A stretch of 57,781 nt of DNA, counting the filler, from Platydemus manokwari (lineage: Eukaryota), in assembly GCA_037951405.1 (NCBI GenBank). It is 5 parts of 5 records of this genome, joined end to end, with 100 filler letters (N's around TTAATTAATTAA, not from the genome) between each part and the next. Parts side by side here need not be neighbours in the genome. Positions count along the whole stretch, not along the records: positions 9,421 to 18,254 come from JBBMOY011342426.1; positions 18,355 to 30,080 come from JBBMOY010498886.1; 3 more parts are not named here. The stretch is one strand, 5' to 3'. Numbering within the stretch: the stretch's first letter is position 1; each line of letters starts with the position of its first letter. A program made the position numbers and the translations under genes. This document shows positions 12,114-25,638 of this stretch, one piece after another. The notes beneath the pieces are model-generated. The model had not been told where the DNA came from. It made no database searches and was given only the letters and a program-made list of their open reading frames with translations.

Positions 12114-15100
12114 TTAATCAATTTGAATCTCTTCAATTTCTGCTGATATATGATTCGCTTCTTTTTCGACGAAGTGACAAACAATGACTTCACTTTCGCT
12201 GTTGCTATTATTACTGTTTAAAGAAAATCCTAAAAATTCAAACTGCGTTGTTTCTTTTTTATTGTTTTTCAAATTTTTATTAGAATCCATTACCTCAGCA
12301 TCTCCACGTGGAACTATTAAGCAAGGACTAGATAACACACTTTTATTGTCAGACAAATCATCCTCTTCACTTTCACTTGTACAAAATACATCAAGCTCAT
12401 CGGAAATAGAATCAAGGGGTTCATTTATATTCTGTTAATATAGTTTTTATTTTTGGTCTAATAATGCAAATAAAATTATAAAAATATAATGCAAAGTAAC
12501 AAAAACAAAATCAATAAATTCTGTCTATGTTAAGAGTGATATAAATATGATTTTACGTTGAGGATCAGATCAAATTATTATTATGTTTACAATGTTTTAT
12601 GTTATAAAGTCAGTAAATAACAATCACTTCATTTATTCCAGGTAATTATAGTCATTAAAAAGAAAGTATTATATACAGATAAAAATTATACTTTAATCTG
12701 TAATTTCAATTACAAATTATATAAAATTTCAAACCTGATCATCATTTTCCATTAATATCGACTTCAGACTATGGTTAATGGAACTAAATATAAAGTGTGT
12801 TAAATTCTAAAATAATTTTTGAAAATCATTTATGAATATTATTTTTGTAGATAAGAACTGATCTATATCTGACCTAAGAAGGTAATCATTCCTTCAACAT
12901 ACACCACAAATCCACGGATTTATAAATTGTTTATCTTAGGTGTTAATACCGGGTTGTATAGAAATCAATGCATTATTGCGTCGATCGAATAATGTAGAAA
13001 CCAGAAAAATAATATTTTTTATAACACGTACCGAATTTAAATAAGTAATCCAAACTATTACAATCCATAATGTCCTTATGATTTACATTGAATAAAAAAC
13101 AGCCACTCTATAACTCACTTTTCCTTTCATAAAATGAAATACATTCGAGCTTTTTGAAGAATTAAGAAAACAACGAAAAATAACGGAATACAAAACTGTA
13201 TTATACAAATAAAACTTGTATTACCATTTTGTCTTTTTACGTTCATCAATCATTTTTAATTTAGCAAGCAAGTCATTTTTTTGGGCATTTTCTTCATTGA
13301 TACATTTATTATCTATCGTTTTTTCTGATTGCATGCTTCTCCGTACAGCTTCAAATACTTCTGAGAATCTACTTATGATTTAATAAAATCCTTGAATTTC
13401 AAAATGAAACTTTTTTTCGGATTTCTCATCGATCTCAGATATTTCAGACGGTGTATCTCCGTAGAAAAGTACTTTTGTCGTTTTCTTGTTTTCTTCCATC
13501 TCTTTAATAATTTAAGATAATCAAATATCATAACTATTCAAAAAATTACTTTTGTCATTATTTATATCGAATTGTGTGGTAATGTTTGAGTTTTGCTTAT
13601 TTTTTTTCGCTGAGAAATTATTTTTCGTCTTCTAATTAAAGAGTTTATTTTTACCAATAGAATAAATCAATTACTGAAATTGAAATTCTTTGTGCTTGAT
13701 CATCTAAATCATTGGTATATTTAGTCTCATCTTTTTTAATAGCTGGTTTCAAAGGAAGGACTGCTGCAATCTTTGGTACTGAAAAATTAGAATCATCCAA
13801 CTCAGATGTTTTTCCTTTTCCACTTGACAATCTATGAGGAGCTCTAACAACTTTTTTACTATAAATATTTTGCATTTCAAGCAGTTTAGTTTTTTCCTGA
13901 GAAGTAAACAGTTTATAATTAATATAATTAATGGCAACTCAAGAATTTTAAAATAATTCGAAATCAGTAAAACATAACTTTCAGAGATGTTGCTTCATCC
14001 TCTTTAAGAATTTTATCCATCAATAATATTTTTTATGATAAAAAAGACTGAACAGAATAAATTAATTTGTTTTTGTACATTTCTATTTGAGTACGACAAA
14101 TTTCGTAATAAATACCTAGGCAAGCTTTCATCTGTTTTTAAAATTAAAGAGTAGAATAAAGTTTGTATGATAATCTTATATCTTGAATGTTTATAAATTC
14201 ATCTCAGAATTTAAATTTTAAAAAATGTAGTTTTCTGGCAATCAAATTGTTTTTTGTATAAGGAATACGTTCTTTAATTGAAAGCTTTAAATCAAATGGA
14301 AATGTTGACGAAACAGGATCATATTTTCTAATATGTTTAGTTATTTCATATACTTGTTAGGAACAGAAGTTTAGAATCCTCACTGAATTTTTAGACTAAT
14401 TTATTCCATAATATATTAGGTTACAAGGATAGCTTTTGTTAAAAATTTTGGTATGCATCGCATTTATCTCTTAAAGATAATTAATCTTGTTGAATTTTTA
14501 AATATTAATTGTTTTCAGTTATATTTATTCATTCTTTAAACTTATTCTAAGATTCGCTTACCTGGAAATGCTTTTTATTAAATATTTTCAAATGATATTT
14601 TCTTTGTTACGGGAATATGATACAACACCAAACTAGAACAATGTAGAATAATTGTTTGGGAGTTATTGTTTGGATAAATCAAATTGGCCTAATCGCATTA
14701 TAGGACATCACTAACTACCGGAATCGTTAAAGTAGTTTTATTTAAAAATCAAAATTAAAAACAAAGGGAAGTGCTAATTAGTGGAAGGTTAAACAAAATA
14801 ATGATACATTTTGTAAAATATTCCTAGAGAAACAAGCTTAACCACTGAAATTAATCTTGTTATAATTCTTCTGACATTAAGAGTACATAATATGTTTCTT
14901 AATCCCAAGTATATTTTCAATTAATAAAATACTTAATAATATAATTAAAAATAGAAATTCATCTCACGTTTAAGCTACAACGAATATTTTTGAGTTCGAC
15001 AAGGACATCTGAATATGTTTGCTTTAATTCTTTATATTTATTAGCTTCTGTACTCATTTGATAACTGTGTTTTTTAGACATAAGTTCCATGCTTCTTTCT

Positions 15101-16215
15101 AAATCCTAAAATGCAAAGACTCTATTAAAAAGTCAATACATTACCAATTAAAGTATTAATAATAATAATATTACAAATAATTTATAATTCAAAAATTTTG
15201 CAATGCTATTTTGGATTAGCATGTTTTCAAAAATTAGCAGATTCTTTACATATAGGATTTATAAAAATGGTGGGTTTGAAAAAATATTGAAAAAAAACGC
15301 TTGTTAGAAGAAAAGTTGGCCTGGATCTGATCAAATAAGTTCATTTGTTGACAAATTGATTCAAGGTTGTTGAAGAAATGACTTTCAAACAATATGTAAA
15401 GAAGATTATATTTAGAAACTTTTTAACTGCATGATAATGACCCGATCATATTTCATCACTAGATCTTAATTATTTAGAAAAACTATTAATCGAAACCTCA
15501 CTTTTTTATTCATGGCTGAATTAAAAAGTGCACCTTATGTATTTAATACCAATTTAGGTAATAGTAAGCAGTCTTAAATAAAAAAAATACTTTTATTAGT
15601 GATTTAATAAATTTTCATTCATTCTGTTTCTAACTTATCATTCGATTTACCTTTAAAATTATATCTTTTAAGTGTAAATTATTTAAAAGAAAGATTCGAA
15701 GCACGTGTACAGAAATGCTTAAAGTTACCATACCGTTTTATAATTTTAATTTGTGATTTGAACATATATGATGCTTTATCAAACTGAAAAAAACAGTTTT
15801 AAAGACTTTTATATTTAAATTCTGTTATTATATGAGATATAATAATTTAAACGTCAGACTTAAAACATTAAAAATTTTTTATTGATAATAAATGTTAAGC
15901 TAGGTTTTAAAAGACAAATTCAAATAAAATTATTCTATGTACCGCATTCTTCTTAACTTCTGCTTCTATTAAATCATTTAGACTTAAAACTTTCTTAGAT
16001 AATTCTTCCCTTTCTTTAAGTTGTTTGTCATCAACAAGGGCTTTCAATTTCTCAACCTTTTTCTTCATTTTAGCCAATTCTAACTCCAAATCCGACTTCT
16101 GTCTGTTGCAAGCATCCAATTTCTCTTTTTTACGCCTTAGTTGCTCTTGCAAAGAATGTAATTCGGAGTTGTATCGTGATATGATACTAGGCACATCTGC
16201 GTCTCGACTATTAGC
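12114..16215 (-). CDS. Lebercilin (LCA5/LCA5L)-like coiled-coil ciliary protein, multi-exon, 5' exons missing
   Basis: In-frame GT-AG exons 16215-15943 (DVPSIISRYNSELHSLQEQLRR...DDKQLKEREELSKK), 15105-14968 (DLERSMELMSKKHSYQM...) and 13896-13675 (EKTKLLEMQNIYSK) follow the lebercilin domain (…HNNEITALKERLRK…LPERDDL…EKERELDIKNIYSNR). A later exon has KNDLLAKLKMIDE. The last exon ends at the TAA at 12114. Boundaries of the small 3' exons are approximate. Confidence 0.75.
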
Positions 16216-16645
16216 CTGTAAGAAAAGTTGTATTGATTGTTAATGATAATATTATACAATATATGAAGTTGATTTTGACAAAAGCATAATTTTTATAAAA
16301 AAAATGTTCGTTGTTTGAAATTCTCAACATTATTTTGTATTTTTTTTTATAAATGTCTTAAAAATATATGCTTTGATTAATTATTTATAATTATTCATTT
16401 CATCATTCAATTTTTTAAAATTATTATGAAAATAATGATAATATTAAAGAATATTAATAATAATATTCTTGAAAAATCATTCTTATTTAAATCTGGTGGT
16501 AGATAAAATTAATATTGATGAATTTTTTTTCTAAAATCAAACTCGGAACATTTTATGACTAATTGCTTTATCATTTTTAAACATATTATAAATAAAATTA
16601 TAATTTAAAATTTACATGAAAAATAAGACGTATTTAAATAAACTA

Positions 16646-17988
16646 TAGCATTGGAACGAAATTCTTGTTCGATAGAAAATAATATTTATTTAACCAGTAA
16701 AGACAATATGAAAATTGGAAATATAAACAAAACATCAATTGTCCGTAAATCAGAAAAATTCAATGTTTTATGAAGAAATGCTTAGTTTAAATGCATTATT
16801 AAATTCTTTTTAATTTCTATCTTATAATTAAAAATTGTTTCATAAAACTATCCTTTAAAAATAATATTATTTTGTGGCATTTGATGAAGTTTAAGCGAAG
16901 CTACTTAAAAAAGCTGACGTATTTCTTGTGGAAAGATGGGGTGAATGCCCCAGCATTTGAGAAGAAGATTAACTCCGTGCTTAGCACCTGTACTGTGTCT
17001 GCGAGAAACTGCCAGCGAATAATTGCAAAATTCATTGTTGGTAATTTCGTCGTGGTTGATGAAGAGAGAAGTGGATGATCATTGGTTAAAGATGATGTAG
17101 AGGATCGAATCAAAAAGTTTCTGACATACGACAAATACGCTGCAGAATATGGCAGAAGACCTGTCGTTGTCTCACACAACAGTGCTTCGACACTTGCATA
17201 AAATGGGAGAACAGTATTTGGCGAACAGATGGCTACCACATTTTTTCTCAGAAGAATATTTGGTGAATTTTTAGCCATGTACCAACGGAACGACTTTTTA
17301 TCCCAACTCATAAAGGTATAGGGGTATGGGTACATTGGAACAATACCAATCGATTTGATCACGATCGACGGTGCTGGTGATCAACCAACAACATAAATTC
17401 GTCGATGTTTGCAGCACAAAAGCACTTTGCAACTATTTTTTGGGATGTGAAAAGAATTCTCCTGTGTAATGTACTTCTTCAAGGAAAAAAAACATAAACC
17501 AAGCAATTTACTGAACTCCGGTGAACAAGCTCGTAGATGCGATCCGAGAAAAGAATTTTGAAAAGTTCCATTTCCTTCATGATAAGGGTCGACAGCATAC
17601 GGCACGTTTAACTCAAAATAAGCTTAGTGAGATCGGTTTTACGGTAATACCGCATCTACCATACTCCACAGACCTTGCTCCTTCAGACTATTATCTGTTT
17701 TCTCCTATGAAAAATTCGGTTCGTAAAAATACGTATCACTCCACTGAAGAGGTGAACGATGATTTGGAAAAGTGGTTCGCTTCAAGATCTCCGGAATTCT
17801 ATGAAAACGGCATAAAACAACTTCCAGAACACTGGTAAAAGTGTGTGGACCTTAAAGGTGACTACTATTTTCAACATTCCAGATTTACAGACGAATGATG
17901 TTTAGTTTATATTTCTCAATTTACATATTTTCTGTATAGATTAAATAAATATTATTTTCTAGCGGACAAGACTTTCGTTCCAATACTA
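16646..17988 (+). mobile_element. Full-length (1.34 kb) mariner DD34D element with disrupted transposase
   Basis: About 48-bp TIRs: TAGCATTGGAACGAAATTCTTGTTCGATAGAAAATAATATTTATTTAA versus the right end read on the minus strand, TAGTATTGGAACGAAAGTCTTGTCCGCTAGAAAATAATATTTATTTAA. TA TSDs at 16644-16645 and 17989-17990. Confidence 0.95.
16872..17898 (+). pseudogene. Mariner transposase pseudogene
   Basis: DEERSG in the N-terminal part. HDKGRQH...HLPYSTDLAPSDYYLF with exactly 34 residues between the last two catalytic Asp. C-terminal FYENGIKQLPEHW*KCVDLKGDY. Multiple stops and frameshifts. Confidence 0.92.
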
Positions 17989-20149
17989 TATTAGAGATTT
18001 GATAATATTACAAAAAAGATACGGACGGGGTGAAAAGTTGAAATATAATAAGAATGATATAAGATTTAAATAGAAATAGTTCATCTTATTTTCTACACTT
18101 TCCTACATGTACCGGAATTATAGTAACACTCTAAAATACATTTAAAAATCCAAGGACTCAAAATTGGATTGAAAGAAGGGGGATAAAATTTATTTAGCAT
18201 AAACATAAAAATCTTCACGATGCGGTGGCACAAGTCCTCACATCTTTTTATAAANNNNNNNNNNNNNNNNNNNNNNNNNNNNNNNNNNNNNNNNNNNNTT
18301 AATTAATTAANNNNNNNNNNNNNNNNNNNNNNNNNNNNNNNNNNNNNNNNNNNNTATATATATGTGTGTGTGTGTGTGTGTGTATTAATCAACTTTAGTC
18401 GTGTACCGCCATGCGAGTTCACCATTCATGCATTACTCAACCATGTAATTCAATGAATAATTCAACAATATTCATAATTCAATTCCTGATTCTTATTTCT
18501 TCATATTTCGTACAAGAACTGCTTGAATTGGCTTTATATTTATCCTTTTTCGAGAATCCAATTTTCGTTAGTTGTGTTTCTTACAAATTATTCATTAAGA
18601 TTTTGAAATTAAGGTTTTCTAAATATCATTTAATATCAGAATTGCTTGAATAATACGCGGTGAATTTTCTCAAATTCAAACTGTGAATGTCTTAAAATGA
18701 ATTAAAATTTTAAAAAATATAATCGGAATCTTTATTATAATATAAATTATAAATTTTATTCGTTGAAATGATTTAGTTAAAAATAATTCGCGTATTTAAG
18801 CTTTCAATTTGTTTGCAATGCGTGTTTTTTCGTCGATAACTCATTTGGATACTATTTTTGGAATCTCAGTTACATTAAATTATCAAAGAAAGGTTGACGA
18901 TATAGATAAAATATAGTGAATGTATAGATATTATACCAAATAGAAATTTTTATATAGATATATCTACAGAATTCCATTCAGAGATAATTCAGAATGTGTA
19001 GAATATCAATGATTTTGAAGACTAGTAAATTGGTGGATATTAAAATTCGTTAAAATTAAATTAAATTTTAAAATAATAAATAATCAGTTTTATTTGTTTA
19101 ATTAAATTGGTTAAATATACTTTTATATCTTCTGACTTTTCGGTGCGAGCGGTTTGATAGTATGATTACGATTTGCATAGATGCCAAAAGACTGAAAAAA
19201 TTAAACGTAAAATTTTAACTAAGCAAACTAAATAACATTGGTGGACGAGATTTTATTTTTGATTAAGAAATACAAGATTGGCATTTATTAATTTATATAC
19301 GAATATATAGTTGATTAATAATATGAGCATATATTTTAATATTGGAATGTGTAATTCGATTTTTCTTATACGTGCGAAATTATCACTCTATCTTATTTTG
19401 ATGTTGAATGAAACACTGGGGAATAATGGAATAAATTATAATTAAAAATCGTCTATGGCTACTCAGTAAATCAAACAGAATAGTTTCTAACCAAATTATC
19501 ACTCAATAAATAAACCAATATAATCTTTTTATCACCGATAATTTATTGCAAAGTTAACGAAGTATAAATTCACTCATTATCGGCAGAAGAAGACGTAAAA
19601 TTCCTATCAAATTAATTCGTAGATTAATTTAGCAGCTGTTTTTTGCATAATACATCAGCTTGAAGATTTCTAGTTTGTTATACTTTGAAACTCAGTGAAT
19701 AATATGTTTTCGTTATTCTACAATGGCAAAATTGATTGAATCACATAATTATTTATCATGCTTTGTAAAGCTAAAAAAATATAAATCTTTTGCTTTAGTA
19801 ATATATAAACAACATATAAGATTGTAAAGTTAAGATTTGTTTCCTATTTCTTGTAGACGTCTTCGTTCTTTTGCCACTGTTTGTTAGTATTTATTTTATT
19901 GAGTTATCATTTTTGTTGATAATGCTTGGCTGCTTGTTCATGGTTTCAATACTCGTACCATTGCCCATTCATGTATTATCGTTTGCAATACTATCACTAT
20001 TTCCGATTTTCTCTACTTGATTATAGTTTCTTGGAACAATTTGTTGAGCTTCTCGCTATAGAGCTTATATGTTGATTCGTTTGTTTCTCGAAAATCTTGA
20101 AAAGGTCTACAAATTTTTACCAAATTGTTTTTAAAAACGGATTTCCAAC

Positions 20150-20800
20150 CATTACTGTATCACCAATTGATTATTCATGGGAACATTTCTCTCGGTTATA
20201 GTATTTTGCTTCATTATCTGAATCTTATTATACTTCTGCATTTCCAAATTTCCTCTATGATGATTCATAAACTTGTTCATAGTTTTACTTTTATATGACC
20301 TTGTCTCATTAATAGATATCCGTGGTGTTCTACCGAAACAAACTTCGAATGGTAAATACTTCACTAATTTGTAGGTGACATCAGTAATCCATATTCAACG
20401 CGCGTAATTACATCATTCGAGCATTATGATCTTTCATAATATTAAAAGTTTTATCAATTTGACTGTGGATGATATGTCGAAGCAAATTTTATCTTTATTT
20501 TAATACTGATACATAATCCAAATATTAATGTCGATTGAAAATGTGTTCCGTTGTTCAAGTCTATACATTTTGGAGCTCCAAATTTGCTTATTCATTATTT
20601 CCATTTTTTGCCTGAGCTACATTTTCTGCAGTGATCTTCTTTAATGAGATAAGTGACAGATATTTGGAAAAATAATCTTACGATACATTGTATAACAAGT
20701 TTCCTTGCTTTATTTCAGGATATGGGCCTGCAAGAAAATTTTTGATAGACTTCGACGGCTGTTGTAATGATGTGATAGCCGACTTTTCTCATTGTACATA
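20150..20800 (-). pseudogene. Ty3/gypsy integrase relic
   Basis: Minus-strand fragments GPYPE...DYFSKYL...ITAENVAQA, FGAPKCI.LNNGTHF, KFASTYHPQSN and LPFEVCFGRTPR. Confidence 0.75.
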
Positions 20801-23199
20801 GCAACAAGAACTTTCTTAATAGAATCTAAATCACCTGTGAATTCTAAATTGGATTTAATCTCATTTTTTACACTTAATAAAAACATTTAATAAAAACATG
20901 GTTTTCAATTTTTCAGGAATTTACATGGCTTTGATTTATTTGTCAACTGATGAAAGAAATTCTTCCTCATCTGCACCATAAAAGTAGCCGGTTTCTGAAA
21001 AATACGTCGCGCTATTTGCAGATCTCTTTGTTAAATACATTTGGATGGGTTGGTATTTTGACTGGTTCTTAAGGATCTTCGATAACGGGTATGAAGACCT
21101 CGCTATCGGTAAAATAAAAATTAGTATTATCTAAAGACTTTAATCAGTTGATGACTGAGTCCTTCGCGATGATATCTAACACTGATCTCGAACGCTGTAA
21201 TATTAAATCAATCAATCTCCTAGACCCAATTGATCGATATACAATAATATAATTTAAACTAACTCAAATAATCGAAATTAAATCCAATGGATCGATATAA
21301 TTTACAATGTTAAGATGTTAATGTTGATAATTAATTGTGTACTATTACAAACTCAAATAAACATAATGATCGTTTTTGTACAAATATATTTTAAGAAATA
21401 AAACAAACAACCCAGCAGAAAAATTTAAACAAAAAATATTATTCAAATAGCTGGCACGTTGCCTCAGCAAGTAGCCAGCAGAGTCCGAAGCGCACGGAGG
21501 AAAGATAAGCAGAACAGAGAAGAGAAATGGTTGGCAAATTTAACTTTATTAAAGCTCATACAATTATGATAAAAATTTTATTTTACTTAATGATTACTTG
21601 TATGAAAAATGATAACTAAAATAAAATACTGCTTACTCCAATATAAAAGTTAATCTAAATGACGAACAAAAATAGATCCTTGTAAGAATTAGTCCTCTTC
21701 TCTATCTACAAGGCCGCTCAATTTAATATAAGATTCTTCCGATTGTTTATCTCCAATTGTTACAATTGTGATTATCGTAATAGTTGTAGTTATTGTGGCG
21801 ACCGGCTCTATTTTCAGCTCGGTATTTATACCTCGCTGTGCCGGCATCCGCCTTCTATTTTTGGTAACATTGTTACCGTCGACAATTTAATTTGCATTTG
21901 TCGACATTCCCTGAATATTTGTTTCGATTACAAAGCACTTTGATTAATATATTTTGTTATTTATTATGACTTATTTATTTGTTATTGCTTATTAGATATC
22001 CGTTTTATTCTTTATTTTTTCAATTATTAAATATTATATTCATTATTTATTCTTGTTATTTTATTTTATTATTATTTATAATTTTCCACTTTCTCTTCCT
22101 CATTTAATTCCCCCACTTCGCTACATTACATAAATTAATAAAAGTCAACAGCATAACAGCTTATATAGATTATTCACAAAAATATTTTTTTTACAAATAC
22201 CATCAATAAAGTAATATAAAATCCCAGAACAATATCAAGGATGTAAATATCAAATCAATGCTGGATTGGATTAAGGGTTAGGATTTAGTTGATGATTGGG
22301 ATTCTGTTTTCGGCTAGATTGGTGCGTCCATAATCAAAGGCTTTATTATGTTATTATTATTGGCGTTATTATTATTCTTTTTTTTTATATTATTATTGTT
22401 CTTATCTAATTGCAAATATTATTGTTACTACACTCTTATGTGTTACAAGATGTATTTAAATACAAATATGTTTGGTTTTGTTGGATTGATTTTGACCTAC
22501 TTGGGTCTGAAAGTTTCCATTCGTGACGTCAATAGTACAATATACTAGTAAAATATCTAGCTTTATCTAATTGGAAAAAAAAGAAGAACAAAACTAAACA
22601 ACAAAATAAATAAAAATAGTAACATCATATTTAATATTATCTTATTAGAAAAATAAACATAATAAGGAATACATAACAAAAGAAAATAAATATAGTAACG
22701 ATCATTATACCGTATAACTAAATGAAATAAAAAGGCGCCATCGTATGAATGGCACCACGAAGAAAAACTATATAAACAGATGATAATTTAAGTTAACCAC
22801 CACAATGATAAGCCACAAGAAACTGCTGCTAACTACAGTAACAGGTTACAGGAAGAAACTACTAAAAGCCCCCAAATTAAATTAACCAATAATAAAATAC
22901 AAGAAAATGTTACTGTAATTTATTCGACTAAGATTACACTGAAGCTTTTTCTCTTAATTAATTTCAGTTAACTGAATATTAATTTTGCTATTTGTCATAA
23001 GCGTTGCACATCTAAATATACTTATTTCAATATAATTTTTTTGCTATTATAATACTTCTAAAAACAACAATTTTATGGGATATAATTTATAATATAATTA
23101 AAGATATTTTTCAAAATTTTTAGGTGGGTCATCATTAAAAGCCATTGTTTCATTTGAATATTAATTAATATTGAGTTCGTCTATTTTGAAGAGCACATA

Positions 23200-25300
23200 T
23201 TTTTGTTTTCCCCCAAATTAATTAAAATTATAAACGTTTATTATTTTTTTAAATTAATAATAATTTCTCTCAATTTTCCGATAGCTTTTATATTTTTCAT
23301 CTTTTCATCAAATTATCTTCCGAATTAAACTCTAATATCTTTACTTCTAAAGATAGAAAGATAGAATTTGTGGATAATTTTTCCTCCTAACATTAAACAT
23401 ATTCTTGTAATTATAATGCTAATATTATTAATTTACTTTCCAATTCTCTATGATTCAATAATAAATGTAGGAAACTATGATCTGTATGGAAAATTATGTT
23501 TCTTCTCTGTAGTTACATAATTACGAAAGAAACATTCGTTAACAAGATGTTCATCATATCTCGAATGTCGCAATTGATCCAATTAATCCAAGAGGTACAT
23601 AAAAACTTTGCTTGTTGTGATTTCTTTAATTTTATCTTCCATATAAAATTGATAACCATTTTGTAAATTACTAAAAATCTTTTACCTTTTACAGTCTGTG
23701 TAATGTCATATTTATCATTCATAATGGAAACGTGCATATTTTTCTGCCTTCATTTATCTTTCGATAGTCTAAACCACAGGTTGCCACACGTGATATTAAA
23801 GATTACCGCAATCTGATTTTGTTTTATATCAAGAGCCACTTCTAATGACAGTCTTTGGTCAATATTCTAAAATGTTGTGTTAAAATTCTCTATTATGTTA
23901 AATGGCCAAATGTGAATGATGTTTCGACTTCACAAGTATCAGAGTAAAAAACAATTATATATTCTGGAGAACAAAATCAAAAATAGACGACATGCAGCTT
24001 TTTTGAAACTTGATTATTTCTATTATAACATGATTTCCCAAAATTCAATCATAGAAAAAACCCTATAGAAAATTTTTGAATTTCGACTTTCTTAATATAG
24101 TACAGCTTCTGAACAGCACTGTGCATAGTAAAGAATTCTGTCTTTTATTAATACCAATATAGCGTAAATTTTGTTGATAAGTGTTTCATACTTGGTTTAA
24201 ATCCATTAAATTTCTTTTTATTTTTTACTACCATTGCCTTGAAAGTATCATTTATTATTTCATTTTTTTGCTAATTATGTGATCCTCCTTCTCCTCTGGT
24301 TCACTGAATTCAAATGATACCAAGTTTTTATAAATCATTTTTCCATTATTTTTTCACTTTGTCGTTATGATTGCAAGAGTAACTCTTTTATTTCTATGAA
24401 TAGTGGGTTTTTACCTATCTTTATATGTGTTGGTTTTCCACTTTGTATTTATTTGTATTAATTTTATTCCTTGTAGGTTTGTATTTGAAGTTACTTCTTT
24501 GTGCTCTTTATTCTTGCAGATACGGCAAACATTATATGGCTCCTTTGTATGGACATTCTTCATACTTTTTATGGTTTTCGACAATTTTTTGTTATCGTAA
24601 TTAATTAAAATAAATGTTTTTGTTGAAATAGTGTTTCTTAACGAAAGTTCCATTTTCATTTCTCTATTTCTTATTTTTTGGAAGTTTTTAAATTTCAGTT
24701 ACATTAGCTCCAGTCCTTTTACTTACGAGAACCCACACCACAATCGATCGGTTATTTCTCAGTCAACTGGCGATATTTCATGAAATTCTTCTGATATTTT
24801 TAATAAATGAAACGCATATTCTCCAATAACTTCATCTTTTCCTGCTTTCTTTGTGATAATCACTGCTTACTAAAGCTTTTTTATCGTATATTTTTAATTT
24901 CAACTTTTTATGAACAATTTTCCTATTGGGTATTTAATTGTATGTGTTCCTAACCATCTGTGTGAAACAGTGTTCAGCATATGACCTCATAGTCATAACC
25001 ATATCCTTGGTCATCTCTTATTTTCTTCGATCAATTACGAAAACCGCAAGAAATCTACTTTATAAATTTCCACCGATTATCTTCATTTGATCATCATGGT
25101 TCACTGATTATCATTTCCACTATATCCGTTTCATGGGAAAATTATCCGAATTTCTTATCTCTATTTTTTATTTCTTCTTATACAGTTTCTTCTTATTCTT
25201 CTTTAACTTGAATTCTCATTAAAAGTTGTTAACCGTCGATATAATTAGTTTCACTTTTACTCAAATCTAGCCTCTCCAAGATACCTAACATTCTTGTTTT
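23200..25300 (-). pseudogene. Highly decayed gypsy-like gag/pol relic
   Basis: RNase H end motif IFHTDHSFLHLLLNHRELESKLIILAL*LQEY at about 23400-23495. The rest is stop-riddled coding-like sequence, so boundaries are approximate. Confidence 0.45.
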
Positions 25301-25638
25301 CATCTGACCGTAATATATATTTTGATTTAATATCTCATTCGCATTGTCTTACTTGGAGGTCACTAAAATCTCAAAGTTTAACGCAGACGTTGATTGCTTA
25401 AGTATTTAATACCAGAATACTATAAATAAGAAATAAAAAGTAATAAAAATCATATTAGAAAAATGTAATTCACAGTAATAATTTATATTATGGCAATATT
25501 AAATTTTTATGAATTCATCTAATTTATCTTAGAATTTATTGGTAAATCAATTAGCTCAAATATTAAACAATTAAATCAATCTTTTATAATGGAATAGATA
25601 TCTGGGAAATTTTAGAGAAATGAAATAAATAAAAATTT

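Noticed and set aside
18900-22900. Several LTR-like AT-rich segments with PBS-like TGGTG/TGGCG words (also about 52440-53250)
   Set aside because: Probably LTR debris, but no paired LTRs or TSDs could be defined, so boundaries are unsupported.
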